Source: Candidatus Bathyarchaeota archaeon
GTDB taxonomy: Archaea > Thermoproteota > Bathyarchaeia > 40CM-2-53-6
Reading direction: 5' to 3'
NCBI GenBank assembly: GCA_963833125.1
Contig: CAWHWX010000001.1
Location: forward strand, 1-64,000
DNA length: 64,000 nucleotides
Below the pieces are notes generated by a model, which saw only the letters and a list, made by a program, of their open reading frames with translations, did no database searches and was not told the DNA's origin. Positions 62,088 to 64,000 of the stretch are shown piece after piece (within the stretch, counting starts at the first letter, position 1; the number at the start of each line of letters is the position of its first letter). The translations under genes were made by a program, and so were the position numbers.

Positions 62088-64000
62088 TTGACTGATCATG
62101 CAGTTGTGAAGAAGGTGGCGCAGAGCCAACAGATGCTGGTAGTTGGTAAGAGTGTTGGACGAGTAGATTCACTCGATAAAGTACTTGGTAAACCAATCTA
62201 CACGATGGACATTGTACCAGAAAACGCACTCTACTTGAAAGTAGTCAGATCCAGTGTAGCCCACGCGCTACTCAAGCGAGTGGATTTATCGGAAGCACGA
62301 AAATATCCAGGCGTCGTAGCTGTAGTAACAGCTCAGGACATCCCTGGAATCAACGAGTCGACTGCCCTACTCCCTGACAAACCATTGTTCGCGACGGATA
62401 GAGTACGTTTTGCGGGCGAACCGATAGCGGCGATTGCAGCCTACGACGCCTCCATCGCCGAGGAAGCAGTTGACCTCGTCAAGATAGAGTATGAGCCCCT
62501 CCCATCAGTATTCTCACCGCTCGACGCAATGAAACCTGAAGCGCCCAAGATTCATGAGAAAGGAAATGTAGCAAAGTATCTGAAGGTTCGAAAGGGCAAT
62601 GTGGAAGAAGGTTTCAAGCAAGCGGACATGATTGTTGAAGGAACTTACAAGACTCCATTTCAGGAACCCGTACCCTTGGAACCTGAAGCCGGGTTCGTGA
62701 TACCTGAACCCGACGGTTCGGTTACTTGCGTTGGCTCCATTCAGAGCCCTTACCACGTGCAAACAGGAATCGCAAAGATCCTCTCACTTCGTCCCGAACA
62801 GGTTCGAGTCATTCAAGCAGCCACCGGCGGAGCTTTCGGACCAAAATCCGACGAAATCCCAGTCGACGTGCTTGGGATGGCGGCGCTGGTTGCTGTTAGA
62901 ACGGGGAAGCCTGCCGCCCTCGCCTACACCAGAGAAGAGTCCATGATAGGCCACACGAAGCGACACCCATTCGTTATCTCCGTGAAGGTCGGCGTAAAGA
63001 AGAACGGGAAACTCACAGCTTGGGAGACGAAAATGGTCGCCGACACCGGCGCGTATGCCTCGCTTGGTCCGCTGGTCGTAATCCGTGCATGTTTCCACGC
63101 AACCGGCCCCTACGTCATACCAAACGTCAAAACCGACGCCTACTGCGTCTACACAAACAACACGATGGCCGGATCATTCAGAGGATTCGGAGGACCACAA
63201 TCCCATTTCGCTGCTGAATCCCACATGGATGAGATCGCAAAGAAGCTCGGCATGGATCCGTTGGAACTTCGTTTAATGAACATGCTTAGGCCTGGAACAC
63301 TAACCGCCACAAGCCAAATGGTTGACGAAGGCTGTGGGCTCGAAGAATGCGTAAAGAAAGCAATTGCGGAATCGGACTGGTATAATAAACGTCGAAAATT
63401 CCAGAGTATGACAGGGACAAAGAAACGAGGGTTAGGAATTGCAATCATGTATCATGGCAACAGCCTAGGCCCAGAAGGCAACGACTTTGCCACGGTGCAC
63501 ATGCAAATTGATAGCGAGTGCAAGATCAGAGTTAGAACGGCGCTCACCGAGTATGGAACAGGAGCTCCATCCGGCTTACTTCAGATCGCGGCCGAAACAA
63601 TGCATCTACCCTTAGACTACTTCACTCTCGATTCGTCCGACACAGAATATTGCGGCGACTCGGGGCCGACGGTCGCCTCCCGAACGATAACGATAGGCGG
63701 CCGTGCTACCCAGATGGTTGCTGGAAAGCTTGGCCAGAGGCTAAGAGAGATCGCAGCATCGATGCTTGAGTGCTCGGCAAATGAGGTGGAATCAAGCGAA
63801 GGAATCTTCCACTCCAAATCAGCTCACTCAGTATCCTTCCGTGAGGTAGTAGCTCACGCTTATTCACGAGGGATATCTTTGAAGGAGTCCAGCACGTTCA
63901 CAGCGCCAAAATGCGACTACGACCCTGAGACCACCCAAGGAACGGTGTATTTGCAATATACCTACGCTGCGGTCACAGCGGAGGTTGAGGTTGATACTGA
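62088..64000 (+). CDS. XDH/CoxL-family molybdopterin-binding large subunit (complex 2), runs off the window
   Basis: Manual reading: VGKSVGRVDSLDKVLG, GGAFGPKS, KRHP, DTGAYASLG, GSFRGFGGPQ, TEYGTG and DSGPTVASR. Absent from the ORF track because no stop occurs before the window end. Confidence 0.92.
   Translation, partial: MTDHAVVKKVAQSQQMLVVGKSVGRVDSLDKVLGKPIYTMDIVPENALYLKVVRSSVAHALLKRVDLSEARKYPGVVAVVTAQDIPGINESTALLPDKPLFATDRVRFAGEPIAAIAAYDASIAEEAVDLVKIEYEPLPSVFSPLDAMKPEAPKIHEKGNVAKYLKVRKGNVEEGFKQADMIVEGTYKTPFQEPVPLEPEAGFVIPEPDGSVTCVGSIQSPYHVQTGIAKILSLRPEQVRVIQAATGGAFGPKSDEIPVDVLGMAALVAVRTGKPAALAYTREESMIGHTKRHPFVISVKVGVKKNGKLTAWETKMVADTGAYASLGPLVVIRACFHATGPYVIPNVKTDAYCVYTNNTMAGSFRGFGGPQSHFAAESHMDEIAKKLGMDPLELRLMNMLRPGTLTATSQMVDEGCGLEECVKKAIAESDWYNKRRKFQSMTGTKKRGLGIAIMYHGNSLGPEGNDFATVHMQIDSECKIRVRTALTEYGTGAPSGLLQIAAETMHLPLDYFTLDSSDTEYCGDSGPTVASRTITIGGRATQMVAGKLGQRLREIAASMLECSANEVESSEGIFHSKSAHSVSFREVVAHAYSRGISLKESSTFTAPKCDYDPETTQGTVYLQYTYAAVTAEVEVDT

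Noticed and set aside
58161-64000. Aerobic CO dehydrogenase (coxL)
   Set aside because: The active-site loops are AFRGFG and SFRGFG, not AYxCSFR (form I) or AYxGAGR (form II).
1-64000. CRISPR arrays, rRNA and tRNA genes
   Set aside because: No regularly spaced repeats or recognisable structural RNA sequences were found by eye. A tRNAscan-SE or Rfam run would be needed to fully exclude them.

Overview
64 kb of gene-dense catabolic DNA, most likely from an archaeon. Archaeal origin is inferred from CTTAAG/TTTATA boxes about 25-55 nt upstream of several starts, frequent TTG/GTG starts, MoaD/SAMP-like proteins, a DUF369-like protein and zinc-ribbon membrane proteins. A Bathyarchaeia-like TACK lineage is plausible, but no marker gene is in the window. 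The first ~38 nt resemble a garbled Oxford Nanopore adapter, and many genes carry single-base indels, so this looks like a raw long read and most 'frameshifts' are probably read errors. Contents in order: (1) AOR N-terminus, MoaD, a cis-3-hydroxyproline dehydratase-like enolase, an alpha-hydroxy acid oxidase, a peroxiredoxin and three secreted proteins. (2) A compact peptidoglycan-fragment catabolism cluster (anmK, AmiE-like serine hydrolase, murQ, nagA, plus a YhfX-like racemase, GNAT, esterase and APC permease), which is surprising if the host lacks murein. (3) PLP enzymes, dehydrogenases and an amidohydrolase. (4) A corrinoid methyl-transfer cluster (pyrrolysine-free MtmB, acetogen-type MtaB, two corrinoid proteins, a UroD-family MT2 and an ASKHA activator) together with a Rieske oxygenase and two adenine deaminases, bracketed by a duplicated APC-permease module. 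(5) A ~9 kb island of hypothetical and nuclease-like genes. (6) Two tandem xanthine-dehydrogenase-family heterotrimers interleaved with MoaD-like sulfur carriers. The overall theme (inference) is scavenging of bacterial necromass: cell wall, nucleobases, methyl groups and modified amino acids. No rRNA, tRNA, CRISPR or integrase was recognised. All family calls come from recalled motifs, not database searches.
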